DNA of 64,000 bases, taken from the NCBI GenBank assembly GCA_965205215.1, contig OZ242041.1, positions 1,696,001-1,760,000 of the forward strand, given 5' to 3'. This document shows positions 18,746 through 28,061 of the stretch, one piece after another; position 1 is the stretch's first letter, and each line of letters begins with the position of its first letter. Both the position numbers and the translations under genes were made by a program. Below the pieces are notes generated by a model. The model did not search any database. It had not been told where the DNA came from and saw only the letters and a list, made by a program, of their open reading frames with translations. Source of the stretch: Nitrosopumilus sp. GTDB taxonomy: Archaea; Thermoproteota; Nitrososphaeria; Nitrososphaerales; Nitrosopumilaceae.

Positions 18746-19354
18746 ATGGTATATGGCACGGCCCTAGGCAGTGCGGGGCCCGAGCTGTCGCGCATAATGA
18801 AGGGGTGCGAGGCGAACCACACGGACAGGGAGTTCCTACTAAAGAATGCAAGGGGGATCATAGGATTGTGCAGCAGGTCCATAGTGTCTGTCCACAGGGG
18901 CGACACGGAACAGGGGGCGAGACATCTTGACAAGGCGCGCGCACTGCTCAAGAAATACAAGGTAAAGGCGGGGAAAGGGGGGCTGCGGCAGTACCTCGCG
19001 GTGCCGGAGCAGGAGATAACAGAGGCCGCCTGCCTGATCGCCGTCGTACGCAAGAAACGGATTCCCACGCCCAGAATGCTCGGGGTTGCAGACGTCCCGT
19101 ACGTGCTGGGACTGCTTGATGCCATAGGCGAGATGAAGCGCCTGACGCTTGACATGATGAGGTCCGGCAAAACCGGAGAGGCCGAGCGCATATTCGAGAT
19201 CACGGTGGAGATGTACGACGAGCTTGCAGGCTTTGCCGTATATGGCAACAGCGTCAAGGACATCAGAAAAAAGATAGACGTCGCAAGAATCACGATAGAC
19301 GGAATGAGATCCGTAGTCGCTGGAGTGCGTGAAGGCGGCGCCCCCCTGCAGTGA
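18746..19354 (+). CDS. Translin/TRAX-family (C3PO-like) protein
   Basis: QEITEA, YVLGLLDAIGEMKR, IRKKID motifs. Confidence 0.85.
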   Translation: MVYGTALGSAGPELSRIMKGCEANHTDREFLLKNARGIIGLCSRSIVSVHRGDTEQGARHLDKARALLKKYKVKAGKGGLRQYLAVPEQEITEAACLIAVVRKKRIPTPRMLGVADVPYVLGLLDAIGEMKRLTLDMMRSGKTGEAERIFEITVEMYDELAGFAVYGNSVKDIRKKIDVARITIDGMRSVVAGVREGGAPLQ

Positions 19355-19457
19355 GGCGGGGCGCGCCTGCAGGTCCGTACAGTCCGGTGCAGCCTGAGCT
19401 GTACGCACGCGCGGATTTGTGCAAGAATTCCAATGATATCATTGGCGGCAGTCAATA

Positions 19458-19500
19458 TTTGCAAAAAACCGATATTTTTTGCAAAAAACTAGGTATATTA
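19458..19500 (+). promoter_or_regulatory. Putative Lrp operator plus TATA box
   Basis: TTTGCAAAAAAC repeated at a 20-bp period, a 14-bp palindrome TTTTTTGCAAAAAA (19475-19488), and TATATTA at 19494-19500. Confidence 0.55.
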
Positions 19501-19520
19501 ACACGGGCTTTTCAAGCCGA

Positions 19521-19988
19521 TTGTTGAAGCAGTTTGACAGCCTGGACATGAGGCTCCTGTACGAGCTTGCCACGGACAGTTCCGTCTCCGTCCCCGCGCT
19601 GGCATCAAGCATGGACGTCAGCACGTCGGTGCTGTACAGCCGCATAAAGAGGCTTGTCAAAAAGGGGCTTATCAAGAAATACACCATAATCATAGACGAC
19701 AGCCTCCTCGGCATCGGAGTGAGGGCGTCGGTGGGGATAAAGCGCGACCCAAAGCTCAAGGAGTCCATACACGACAGCCTGATGGAGGCGCAAGAGGTCG
19801 AGTCGATATCCGAGGTTACCGGGCGGTTTGACATCATGATAAGGGTGCATGCAAGGAACCTCGAGGAGCTCCACTCCATAGTGATAGAAAAGATCGGCAA
19901 GATATCGGGCATACAGAGCACGGAAACGCTGGTTGAGCTGCAAAAGACGGAGAAGGATCCCGTCTATCTGATAGAGAAGAGCAAGTAG
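19521..19988 (+). CDS. Lrp/AsnC-family transcriptional regulator
   Basis: DSLDMRLLYEL..HTH..RIKRLVKKGLI; EVTGRFDIMI; GIQSTET. TTG start 19521 or 19524. Confidence 0.92.
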   Translation: MLKQFDSLDMRLLYELATDSSVSVPALASSMDVSTSVLYSRIKRLVKKGLIKKYTIIIDDSLLGIGVRASVGIKRDPKLKESIHDSLMEAQEVESISEVTGRFDIMIRVHARNLEELHSIVIEKIGKISGIQSTETLVELQKTEKDPVYLIEKSK

Positions 19989-20076
19989 AGGCGCCCGTAC
20001 GCGGTGCGGGCTTGTGATTGCTGCACCACTGCTGCAGTCGTCACCGCACTTCAGTCGCTAGGGCCCGAGCCGCATG

Positions 20077-20559
20077 TCAAGAGGAGAACTTTTCATCCCA
20101 CTTGCCGTCGTCAATCTCGGCCGTAATCTCCTTTGGGGTCTTTCCCTCTATCTTGACCCCGAGCGCAAGGCACGTCCCCACGACGGTCTTTGCGACCGAC
20201 TTTAGCGACGACGCGTAAGAGGCCTCCAGCTTGGTGCCTGCAACCTTTGCGACCGCGTCCATGGTAATCTCGCCGGCCCACTCGGTTCCGGACGCGCCGG
20301 ACCCCTTCTGTATGCCGGCCTCCTTCATGACAAGGGCAGCTGCAGACGGGATGCCGATCTCTATCGTGTACTTTTTTGTGTCGCTGTCCACGGCCACCGT
20401 CACGGGCACCTTCATGCCCTCAAAGTCCTTTGTCTTTTCGTTGATGGCGCCGATGACCTCCATTATGTTCACGCCGAGTGGGCCCAGTGCGGGCCCCAGC
20501 GGGGGCCCCGCGGATGCGGCTCCGCCCGTTACCAGTGATGAAATCTTTTGCTCGCCCAT
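20077..20559 (-). CDS. rpl11: 50S ribosomal protein L11
   Basis: AGPPLGPALGPLGVN, GMKVPV, GTCLALGV. Confidence 0.97.
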   Translation of the reverse strand: MGEQKISSLVTGGAASAGPPLGPALGPLGVNIMEVIGAINEKTKDFEGMKVPVTVAVDSDTKKYTIEIGIPSAAALVMKEAGIQKGSGASGTEWAGEITMDAVAKVAGTKLEASYASSLKSVAKTVVGTCLALGVKIEGKTPKEITAEIDDGKWDEKFSS

Positions 20560-20607
20560 TGTAAACCCGCCTCTCGATGAAAAATTTAACCCTTTGCCGC
20601 CCCGTCG

Positions 20608-21066
20608 TTACGCCCCGTTTGAGAGCTTGAGGTAGTTTGCGTCCACCGTAACCGGCAGCTGGTACGCGGCGTCAAGCAGCACCACCGTAGCCTCCTCCTT
20701 CTCGGCGTCAATCCTGGTTATCGTGGCCTTCATGCCCTTGAACGGCCCGCCGGTGATCTCGATCACGTTGTCTACCTCGAGCTGCGAGATGGTGGACTTT
20801 TTGACCAGATACCCCTCGATGTCACCAAACGCAAGCTCCCCGCGAAGCTGCCCGCGGATGTGCCGGACGCCGTCGACGGCCATGAACGCGTCGTTCGGGC
20901 TCAGGGCCTCTATGACCACGTATCCCTTTAGGTTCTCCACAAGCATGACCGACTGTATGTGCACCTTGTTGGCGTTGGCCTTTGCCTCCAGCAGGCGCAT
21001 GACCACTTTCTCCTGGCCCCCGGTGGTTCTGATTGCAAACAGGTGCGACTCTATCTCCTCAGACAA
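20608..21066 (-). CDS. spt5: Transcription elongation factor Spt5 (NusG)
   Basis: FAIRTTGGQE, KGYVVIEA, KOW motif ITGGPFKG. Confidence 0.96.
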   Translation of the reverse strand: MSEEIESHLFAIRTTGGQEKVVMRLLEAKANANKVHIQSVMLVENLKGYVVIEALSPNDAFMAVDGVRHIRGQLRGELAFGDIEGYLVKKSTISQLEVDNVIEITGGPFKGMKATITRIDAEKEEATVVLLDAAYQLPVTVDANYLKLSNGA

Positions 21067-21068
21067 CT

Positions 21069-21248
21069 CTATCTACCATACGTGATTACCGAAAATACGA
21101 ACTGTATTATGAATCCTATAGTACCCACGCCGGCGATTCCAAGCAGGACAAGCCTCAGGTGCTGCTGATACTCGTCTCGGTCGGGCTTTTTGGCCATCTT
21201 CATGGTATTGGCCATGTTCTTAAGCGTATGCCTCGGATTGAACCTCAA
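21069..21248 (-). CDS. secE: Protein translocase SecE / Sec61-gamma (absent from the ORF track, 59 aa)
   Basis: Manual translation MRFNPRHTLKNMANTMKMAKKPDRDEYQQHLRLVLLGIAGVGTIGFIIQFVFSVITYGR*; KP..EY motif plus TM helix; canonical position upstream of spt5. Confidence 0.92.
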   Translation of the reverse strand: MRFNPRHTLKNMANTMKMAKKPDRDEYQQHLRLVLLGIAGVGTIGFIIQFVFSVITYGR

Positions 21249-21286
21249 CGCGGAAAATTAATAGGGTTTACTTATATCTGTTCTTT

Positions 21287-22144
21287 ATGGAACTGTTGGT
21301 CGCGTTTGACGGCGATCCGGCCGGAAGCCGCATGGCGGCCCACCTTGCAGCAAATATGGAGAGCGACGGGCCGGCCGGGGGTGACGGGGATGCCAAGTCC
21401 GCATACGACGCCCGCATCTCGGGTTTCTGGCGCTCCAGACACTATGACATGATAACAATATCCACCCCCGCCATATCCGCAGACTGGCTGGAGGAGACGG
21501 AGGTGGCAAGGGCCGGGGGATACGACGGATACGTCTTTCTATCAAGGCACTCGGCAGAGTCCGGCGTGCTTGCACTGACGTGCCACAGTACCGGCAACTT
21601 TGGCAGGGCCGAATTCGGCGGAAACGATTCAGAGGTGGCGCTGCCGCACCCCCACCTGCAAAGGGCATACCTGCGCAGGATACACGAGGAGAAGGAGAGA
21701 AGCGGCAGGTTCGGGGAGTTTGACATCACCATAGAGGCCACGCACCACGGGCCCAGCGCGCTCGGCAGGCCTGCGCTGTTCATAGAAGTCGGAACCACCC
21801 AGGAGCAGTGGGGCGACGACGCGCTGTGCGGCATGGTGGCAGACGCGGTACACGAGACCATGTCATCCGGAGTGGATACGAGCAGCCCTGTGGCAGTCTG
21901 CTTTGGCGGGACGCATTATCCGCAAAAATTTACAGACGAGATTCTGCACGGCCGGCGCGCGCTCGGAACCGTGATCCCAAAGAGGGCCATGCCGCAGATA
22001 GACGACGCGCTGTTCCGCCACATACTGGAGCGCAACAGTGTGGCAACAGAGGCGCTGCTCGACTGGGGCGGCATTCCGGGATCCGACAAGGACAGACTTA
22101 AGAGGCTGCTGGCAGAATCGGGGCTGGAGGCAAGCAAGGTATGA
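21287..22144 (+). CDS. dtdA: D-aminoacyl-tRNA deacylase (archaeal DTD2)
   Basis: FLSRHSAES, LTCHSTGN, EATHHGP, FIEVGT, FGGTHY. Confidence 0.93.
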   Translation: MELLVAFDGDPAGSRMAAHLAANMESDGPAGGDGDAKSAYDARISGFWRSRHYDMITISTPAISADWLEETEVARAGGYDGYVFLSRHSAESGVLALTCHSTGNFGRAEFGGNDSEVALPHPHLQRAYLRRIHEEKERSGRFGEFDITIEATHHGPSALGRPALFIEVGTTQEQWGDDALCGMVADAVHETMSSGVDTSSPVAVCFGGTHYPQKFTDEILHGRRALGTVIPKRAMPQIDDALFRHILERNSVATEALLDWGGIPGSDKDRLKRLLAESGLEASKV

Positions 22145-22608
22145 CCGCAGCGCCGGGTAGGATAGCAGGGGGAAACAGGACGACAGCTGGATCAGTGGCG
22201 CCGTCGCCGTCACCATCATCATCATCATCACCAGCATCATCGCCATCGTCAACGCCAGACCCATCGTTGTTGGAAGCGGCACCAGATCCAACAGCGCGCC
22301 GGCTTGGAGAATTAGAACAAAAGGTGTACGGCATGCTTGCAAGGGTTCCAAGGGGCAAAATCACCACGTACAGCGAGCTTGCAAGGGCGGCAGGCCTCAA
22401 GAACGGACAGCGCGCAGTGGGCAGGATTATGAGCAAAAACCCATACCCGTCCATAATACCGTGCCACAGAGTCGTCAGGTCCACAGGGGACGTTGGCGGG
22501 TATGCCTACGGGACGGAGGTAAAAGAGGAGATGCTTTCAAGGGAGGGCGTCGCGCTGGGCGGCGGACGCATATCGGACATGGACAGCGTAATGCACAGGT
22601 TCGGCTAG
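22141..22608 (+). CDS. ogt: Methylated-DNA--protein-cysteine methyltransferase (MGMT) with Ser/Pro-rich N-terminus
   Basis: VPRGKITTYSELA, RAVG, active-site PCHRV. Confidence 0.9.
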   Translation: MTAAPGRIAGGNRTTAGSVAPSPSPSSSSSPASSPSSTPDPSLLEAAPDPTARRLGELEQKVYGMLARVPRGKITTYSELARAAGLKNGQRAVGRIMSKNPYPSIIPCHRVVRSTGDVGGYAYGTEVKEEMLSREGVALGGGRISDMDSVMHRFG

Positions 22609-23078
22609 TCGCGCGCAGGAGCGGAGGACTCCCTACGCTCCTTCGTCTCCTCCATCAACGCCCGCAGATGGGCCTTGTTTCGGACGGTGTTTCCGCCGAC
22701 CTTTTTGTACAGCATCCAGAACTCGGGGTTCGTAATGTCGTTCCTGACCTTTGCAATCTTGAGTAGCCTCCTGAGCGCCCTGACCTTTGCGACATACACC
22801 TCTTTTTTGCCCACGCGCGCGCCCTTGCGCCCATGCTTTGAGCCCTGCGTCGTGCCGCGCTTGTTGCGCTGGGCCTTTTTGGTGTGCGCCCTGCCGCGGG
22901 AGGTTCCGGTGAACGGCCTGACGGTAATGGTATTTGCAGTCACCAGGCTCCGTATCTCGTTCCGGGTTATCGCATTTGAGACGTCCTCGAGGTGGTCCTC
23001 CGAGAGCCTTACGCGGTGGACGCCGACTCCCAGCACGCGGGCCGCCAGCCTCTTCTTGGCCTTTAGGTTAACTACCAT
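22605..23078 (-). CDS. rpl19e: 50S ribosomal protein L19e
   Basis: KRLAARVLGVG..RV, GSKHGRKGAR. Confidence 0.96.
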   Translation of the reverse strand: MVVNLKAKKRLAARVLGVGVHRVRLSEDHLEDVSNAITRNEIRSLVTANTITVRPFTGTSRGRAHTKKAQRNKRGTTQGSKHGRKGARVGKKEVYVAKVRALRRLLKIAKVRNDITNPEFWMLYKKVGGNTVRNKAHLRALMEETKERRESSAPARD

Positions 23079-23466
23079 CGGCCTTTACCCTCGCGTTGAA
23101 TATCTTGAACTTTAGTGACACGGCCCTTGCCACGATCTCGCGGCGTTTGCGCGTGCCGACCCCGTGGCCGATGCGGACGCCGTCCTTTTTGGAATCCAGG
23201 CCGTCAAGGTCGGACGTGTTGTATACCAGGTTGTCCGTGTATCCCGACGGGTGCAGCCCGAGCGCGTCCCTAGGGCCCCCGTATCCGATCTTTACAAGCC
23301 CGGGGCGCCCGCGGCTCTTCTGCTTTCGCTGGTGGTTGTCTATCCCCTTTGGCTTGCGCCACCCGGTCTGCAGGCGGACGTACCTCCAGCTCTCCGGACG
23401 CACAAAGTCAGGATTGCGCTCCTTTTGCGCGGCCCGCCTCTGGAGCAGGGCCCTGTTTATCGGCAT
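23068..23466 (-). CDS. rpl32e: 50S ribosomal protein L32e
   Basis: WRKPKGIDN, KIGYG, GLHPSG. Confidence 0.96.
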   Translation of the reverse strand: MPINRALLQRRAAQKERNPDFVRPESWRYVRLQTGWRKPKGIDNHQRKQKSRGRPGLVKIGYGGPRDALGLHPSGYTDNLVYNTSDLDGLDSKKDGVRIGHGVGTRKRREIVARAVSLKFKIFNARVKADGS

Positions 23467-23801
23467 GCGTGGCCTGCAAGATTTTTAAATAAATACGTTG
23501 CCGGCAGGCGGCAGCAACGGGTCAGCCCCCCGCAGCACCTATGCCGGGCGCCAGACAGATCGCGGCCCGGCGGCCGTGGCATTCCTGACGCACGCCTAGG
23601 CTAGGGGCAAGACACGGTCGCCAAACGGCGCAGGCCCGCGGCCGCCGCATTGCAGGCCCGAACCCGTAGCCAAAAGGCACTCCAGATTTTGATATACCTC
23701 GTTATATAACGCAGGATGCGGCGGTATGCAGTGCTTGCAAAACACAAAGCAGTCCCGCCTGCCTCATTGGCCGCCGCAGTACACCACCTGCCAAGCAACG
23801 C

Positions 23802-23825
23802 TTATACAGTCAGCCCCCCCCCCCC
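23802..23825 (+). promoter_or_regulatory. TATA-like box followed by a C12 homopolymer
   Basis: TTATAC at 23802-23807; C-run at 23814-23825; ATG at 23844. Confidence 0.55.
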
Positions 23826-23843
23826 GCTCAAACCGGATGTATC

Positions 23844-26800
23844 ATGAAGATTCGTAGCAGATGTAACTCTCACATGCTTGCGCGCGCCGCTGTCGCGGCC
23901 GTGGCGTGCGCCATATTTGCATCCCTGCCCGCGGCCACGTTGGCAGCATCCGATTCAGGCGACGATTTCGTCACCGTGTGGGGCGTCACCGCAGACGATC
24001 CGGCCATAACGATCCCGGTAGGCGGAGCCACGGGCACGTACACCGTCCACTGGGGTGACGGTACGGTCAGCGCCGACGTGTCCGGCGACCAGACCCACAC
24101 GTACGGCTCGGAGGGCGAGTACACGGTCCGGATCTCCGGCGACTTTACCAGGATAAAACTGGGAGACGATCCCGCAAACGCCCAAAAGCTGCGGAGCATC
24201 GAGCAGTGGGGCGACATGCAGTGGTCGTCGATGGAGTCGGCGTTTCGGGGCGCAGTCGTCATGACGTACAACGCGACGGACTCGCCAGACCTATCAGGCG
24301 TGTCCGACATGTCACACATGTTTGCCACCGCATCCAAATTCAACGGGAACCTGTCACAGTGGGACACCTCCAGCGTAACCGTCATGGACCACATGTTCTA
24401 CAACTCCCCCTCCTTCAACGGCGACGTCTCAACATGGGACGTCTCGCGGGTGACCGACATGCACGCGATGTTCTACTACGCCCACGCCTTCAACGGCGAC
24501 ATCTCCGCGTGGGACGTCTCGCGGGTGACCGACATGGACCACATGTTCGACAGGGCCCACGCCTTCAACGGCGACATATCCGAGTGGGACGTCTCGCGGG
24601 TGACCGACATGGGCTACCTGTTCCACAGGGCATTCTCCTTCAACGGCGACATCTCCGCGTGGGACGTCTCGCGGGTGACCGACATGCACTACATGTTCCG
24701 CGATTCCTCCTTCAACGGCGACATCTCCGCGTGGGACGTCTCGCGGGTAGCCAACATGTACCGCATGTTCCACAGCGCATCCTTCAACGGCGACATCTCC
24801 GCGTGGGACGTCTCGCGGGTGACCAACATGGGCGAAATGTTCTACAACGCCCCCCACTTCGACGGGGACATATCGGGCTGGGACGTCTCGCGCGTGACCG
24901 GCATGGGCCACATGTTCACGGGCGCCGATTCCTTCACCCGGAACCTGGGGCCTTGGTATATAACGCTAGATCGCGCGATCATCCATGAGAACGGCACCTA
25001 TACGGCAAGTATCGCGGCGCAAAACGACGAGCTGCGCGGCCACGGCCCGTCCTACCACCTTGCAGACAACGACACGCATGCGGACAACGCGGACTTTGCC
25101 ATATCCGGCAACGTTCTGACAATGACGTCCGCCCCCACAAAGGCCGCATACAGCATAAGCGTCGGGGCCGAGTCCCCGCACCTGTTCGGCGCCGACAGCA
25201 CGCGACAGCTTAGAATCATCGCCCCGCACCTGAACTCGCCGCCTGGCGCCGACGCGGGGCAGGACCAGACCGTATCCGAGGGCTCTGCCGTACAGCTTGA
25301 CGGCTCCGCATCCTCCGACCCGGACGGCAACGCAATGTCGTACAGCTGGGCGATCGTGTCGCCGGCCGGAGGGGCAGCAGCAGCCCTCCAAGGCGCCGAC
25401 ACCATGGCCCCGTCGTTTACGGCGCCCGGCGTCTATGCCGACACCAACTACACCATCGCGCTCACCGTCTCAGACGGCATCACGGTCGACACCGACACGG
25501 TCACCATAACCGTCCGGGACACCGATCCGCTGAACCCGGAGCCGTCGGCCTCCAAGTACGGTGACGACTTTGTCACCACGTGGCGCGTCACCGGAGACGA
25601 CCTGACCATAACGATCCCGGTAGGCGGAGCCACCGGCACGTACGGAATAGACTGGGGCGACAGCACCAGCAGCGTGGACGTGTCAGGCGACCAGTCCCAC
25701 ACGTACGGCTCGGAGGGCGAGTACACGGTCCGGATCTCCGGCGACTTTACCAGGATAAAACTGGGCGATGATCCCGCAAACGCCCAAAAGCTGCTGAGCA
25801 TCGAGCAATGGGGCGGCATGCAGTGGTCGTCGATGGAGTCGGCGTTTCGGGACGCAGGCAGCATGACATACAACGCGACGGATTCGCCCGACCTCTCAGG
25901 CGTGTCAGACATGTCACGCATGTTCACCGCCGCATCAAAATTCACCGGAGACCTATCCGGGTGGGACGTATCGGGCGTAACCGACATGAGCAACATGTTC
26001 TTTGGCGCCGATTCCTTCGACGGTGACATATCGGCCTGGGACGTATCCGGAGTAACCGACATGAGCGGCATGTTCTACAGCGCACCCGCGTTTGACGGCG
26101 ACATATCGGCCTGGGACGTATCCGGAGTAACCGACATGAGCGGCATGTTCTACAGAGCATCCGCGTTTGACGGCAACATATCGGCCTGGGATGTGTCGGA
26201 CGTAACCGACATGAGCAGCATGTTCGAAGGTGCGTCCTCGTTTGACGGCGACATATCGGCCTGGGACACCTCCAGCGTAACCGACATGAGCGGCATGTTT
26301 ACCATGGCCTACTATTTCAACAGCGACATATCGGCCTGGGATGTATCCAACGCAAGATCCATGGACTGGATGTTCTGGGGCGCCTCCTCCTTCGACCAGA
26401 ACCTGGGGCCCTGGTACGTCACGCTAAACGTCACGCGCATCCATGACGACTCCTACGCGGCGGAGGTCGCGGCCCAGAACTCCTTCCTGAGCGGCCGCCA
26501 CAACCCGTCCTACTCGCTTGCAGACGGGGACGGATGCGCCGACAATGGAAAGTTTGCCATAAGTAGCGACGGCGTCCTGACCATAAAATCCGCCCCCGCA
26601 CAGGAGACATACAGCATATGCATCGGGGCATCCGGCGGCAAGCTGTTCGGAGCCGACAACTCGCGGCGGATCATCCTGAGCACGAACACGCCGCCCGCGG
26701 CCGACGCGGGGCCTGACCAGACCGTGCCCGAGGGAGCCGCAGTACAGCTTGACGGCTCCGCATCCTCCGACCCGGACGGCGATACAATGTCGTACAGGTG

Positions 26801-27857
26801 GGTGGCGACGTCGCCAGATGCGATCCTCCGGGGCGCCGACACCAGGGCCCCGTCGTTTACGGCTCCCCAGGTGTCTGGAGACACAGACTATGCCTTCAAA
26901 CTCATAGTCACCGACGGCTCCGTCACCGACACAGACACCGTCGTCATAACAGTCCAAGACGCGCATCCCGCGCCTCCCGCCGCCCCCAAGAACCTCAGGG
27001 CCGCATCCGCCTCGGCCGATTCGGCGACGCTGGCCTGGGACGATCCCGGCGACGACGCGGTTACGGGATACAAGATACTCTCAAGGATACTCGCCCCGCA
27101 GCACAGCCTAGGCGTGCTTGTCGCCGACACCGGCAGCGCCGCCAGCTCGTACACCGTAACCGGCCTGGAGCCGAACACAAAGTACGCGTTCCGCATAATA
27201 GCCCTCAGCGACCACGGGGAATCAGATACGTCATACTTTGTCAACGTCCGCACCGAGAGGGCGCCGCCGCCTGCCGCACCCACAAACCTCACGGCCACTG
27301 CGGTCACCACGGACTCGGTGACGCTGTCTTGGGACGGCGCGGGCGACGACGCGGTTACGGGATACAAGATACTCTCAAGGATACTCGCCCCGCAGCACAG
27401 CCTAGGCGTGCTTGTCGCCGACACCGGCAGCGCCGCCAGCTCGTACACCGTAACCGGCCTGGAGCCGAACACAAAGTACGCGTTCCGCATAATAGCCCTC
27501 AGCGACCACGGGGAATCAGATACGTCATACTTTGTCAACGTCCGCACCGAGAGGGCGCCGCCGCCTGCCGCACCCACAAACCTCACGGCCACTGCGGTCA
27601 CCACGGACTCGGTGACGCTGTCTTGGGACGGCGCGGGCGACGACGCGGTTACGGGATACAAGATACTCTCAAGGATACTCGCCCCGCAGCACAGCCTAGG
27701 CGTGCTTGTCGCCGACACCGGCAGCGCCGCCAGCTCGTACACCGTAACCGGCCTGGAGCCGAACACAAAGTACGCGTTCCGCATAATAGCCCTCAGCGAC
27801 CACGGGGAGTCCAAGGTATCCCACTTTGTCAATATCTCCACACCGTCCGGCAACTAA
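23844..27857 (+). CDS. Large secreted surface protein: signal peptide, two [PKD-like + DUF285/BspA-like repeat + cadherin-like + PKD] modules, three FN3 domains
   Basis: Hydrophobic leader; WGDG PKD signature; FNGDISAWDVSRVTDMxxMF 24-25-aa repeats; ADAGxDQTV..VQLDGSASSDPDG; three TLSW..GY..SYTVTGLEPNTKYAFRIIA FN3 units; no C-terminal TM seen. Confidence 0.9.
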   Translation: MKIRSRCNSHMLARAAVAAVACAIFASLPAATLAASDSGDDFVTVWGVTADDPAITIPVGGATGTYTVHWGDGTVSADVSGDQTHTYGSEGEYTVRISGDFTRIKLGDDPANAQKLRSIEQWGDMQWSSMESAFRGAVVMTYNATDSPDLSGVSDMSHMFATASKFNGNLSQWDTSSVTVMDHMFYNSPSFNGDVSTWDVSRVTDMHAMFYYAHAFNGDISAWDVSRVTDMDHMFDRAHAFNGDISEWDVSRVTDMGYLFHRAFSFNGDISAWDVSRVTDMHYMFRDSSFNGDISAWDVSRVANMYRMFHSASFNGDISAWDVSRVTNMGEMFYNAPHFDGDISGWDVSRVTGMGHMFTGADSFTRNLGPWYITLDRAIIHENGTYTASIAAQNDELRGHGPSYHLADNDTHADNADFAISGNVLTMTSAPTKAAYSISVGAESPHLFGADSTRQLRIIAPHLNSPPGADAGQDQTVSEGSAVQLDGSASSDPDGNAMSYSWAIVSPAGGAAAALQGADTMAPSFTAPGVYADTNYTIALTVSDGITVDTDTVTITVRDTDPLNPEPSASKYGDDFVTTWRVTGDDLTITIPVGGATGTYGIDWGDSTSSVDVSGDQSHTYGSEGEYTVRISGDFTRIKLGDDPANAQKLLSIEQWGGMQWSSMESAFRDAGSMTYNATDSPDLSGVSDMSRMFTAASKFTGDLSGWDVSGVTDMSNMFFGADSFDGDISAWDVSGVTDMSGMFYSAPAFDGDISAWDVSGVTDMSGMFYRASAFDGNISAWDVSDVTDMSSMFEGASSFDGDISAWDTSSVTDMSGMFTMAYYFNSDISAWDVSNARSMDWMFWGASSFDQNLGPWYVTLNVTRIHDDSYAAEVAAQNSFLSGRHNPSYSLADGDGCADNGKFAISSDGVLTIKSAPAQETYSICIGASGGKLFGADNSRRIILSTNTPPAADAGPDQTVPEGAAVQLDGSASSDPDGDTMSYRWVATSPDAILRGADTRAPSFTAPQVSGDTDYAFKLIVTDGSVTDTDTVVITVQDAHPAPPAAPKNLRAASASADSATLAWDDPGDDAVTGYKILSRILAPQHSLGVLVADTGSAASSYTVTGLEPNTKYAFRIIALSDHGESDTSYFVNVRTERAPPPAAPTNLTATAVTTDSVTLSWDGAGDDAVTGYKILSRILAPQHSLGVLVADTGSAASSYTVTGLEPNTKYAFRIIALSDHGESDTSYFVNVRTERAPPPAAPTNLTATAVTTDSVTLSWDGAGDDAVTGYKILSRILAPQHSLGVLVADTGSAASSYTVTGLEPNTKYAFRIIALSDHGESKVSHFVNISTPSGN
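24360..24945 (+). repeat. DUF285 repeat array 1 (72-75-bp units)
   Basis: TGGGACGTCTCGCG.GT at 24435, 24510, 24585, 24660, 24732, 24804, 24879. Confidence 0.9.
25962..26400 (+). repeat. DUF285 repeat array 2 (75-bp units)
   Basis: TGGGA(C/T)..GTAACCGACATGAGC-type units at 25962, 26037, 26112, 26187, 26262, 26337. Confidence 0.88.
27048..27808 (+). repeat. Apparently perfect 294-bp tandem repeat (~2.6 copies) encoding the FN3 domains
   Basis: GACGACGCGGTTACGGGATACAAG at 27051, 27345 and 27639; no mismatch seen by eye. Confidence 0.92.
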
Positions 27858-28061
27858 ACAGCGCATGCACAGACTGCGCACAACACACGCTTACCACGAC
27901 GGCTCGCAAAGGATAATAAGGTAATTTCAGGGGGATCGAATCATCTTGAATTCCACACACGACTCGGCGGCCACCACCACATATGCAGGACCGGCCGCGG
28001 CCACGTACCCCGGAGGCGCGCGCACCTGACGCAGGAGCTTGGCGACTCCGACGCCGCCTTT

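Noticed and set aside
24435-24945. Regular repeat/variable pattern resembling a CRISPR array
   Set aside because: The units are in-frame 72-75-bp protein repeats inside a CDS, and there are no cas genes.
24360-26400. DGR-like NNC codon variation in the DUF285 repeats
   Set aside because: No reverse transcriptase or template repeat is present in the window, and C-ending codons are expected from the high GC3.
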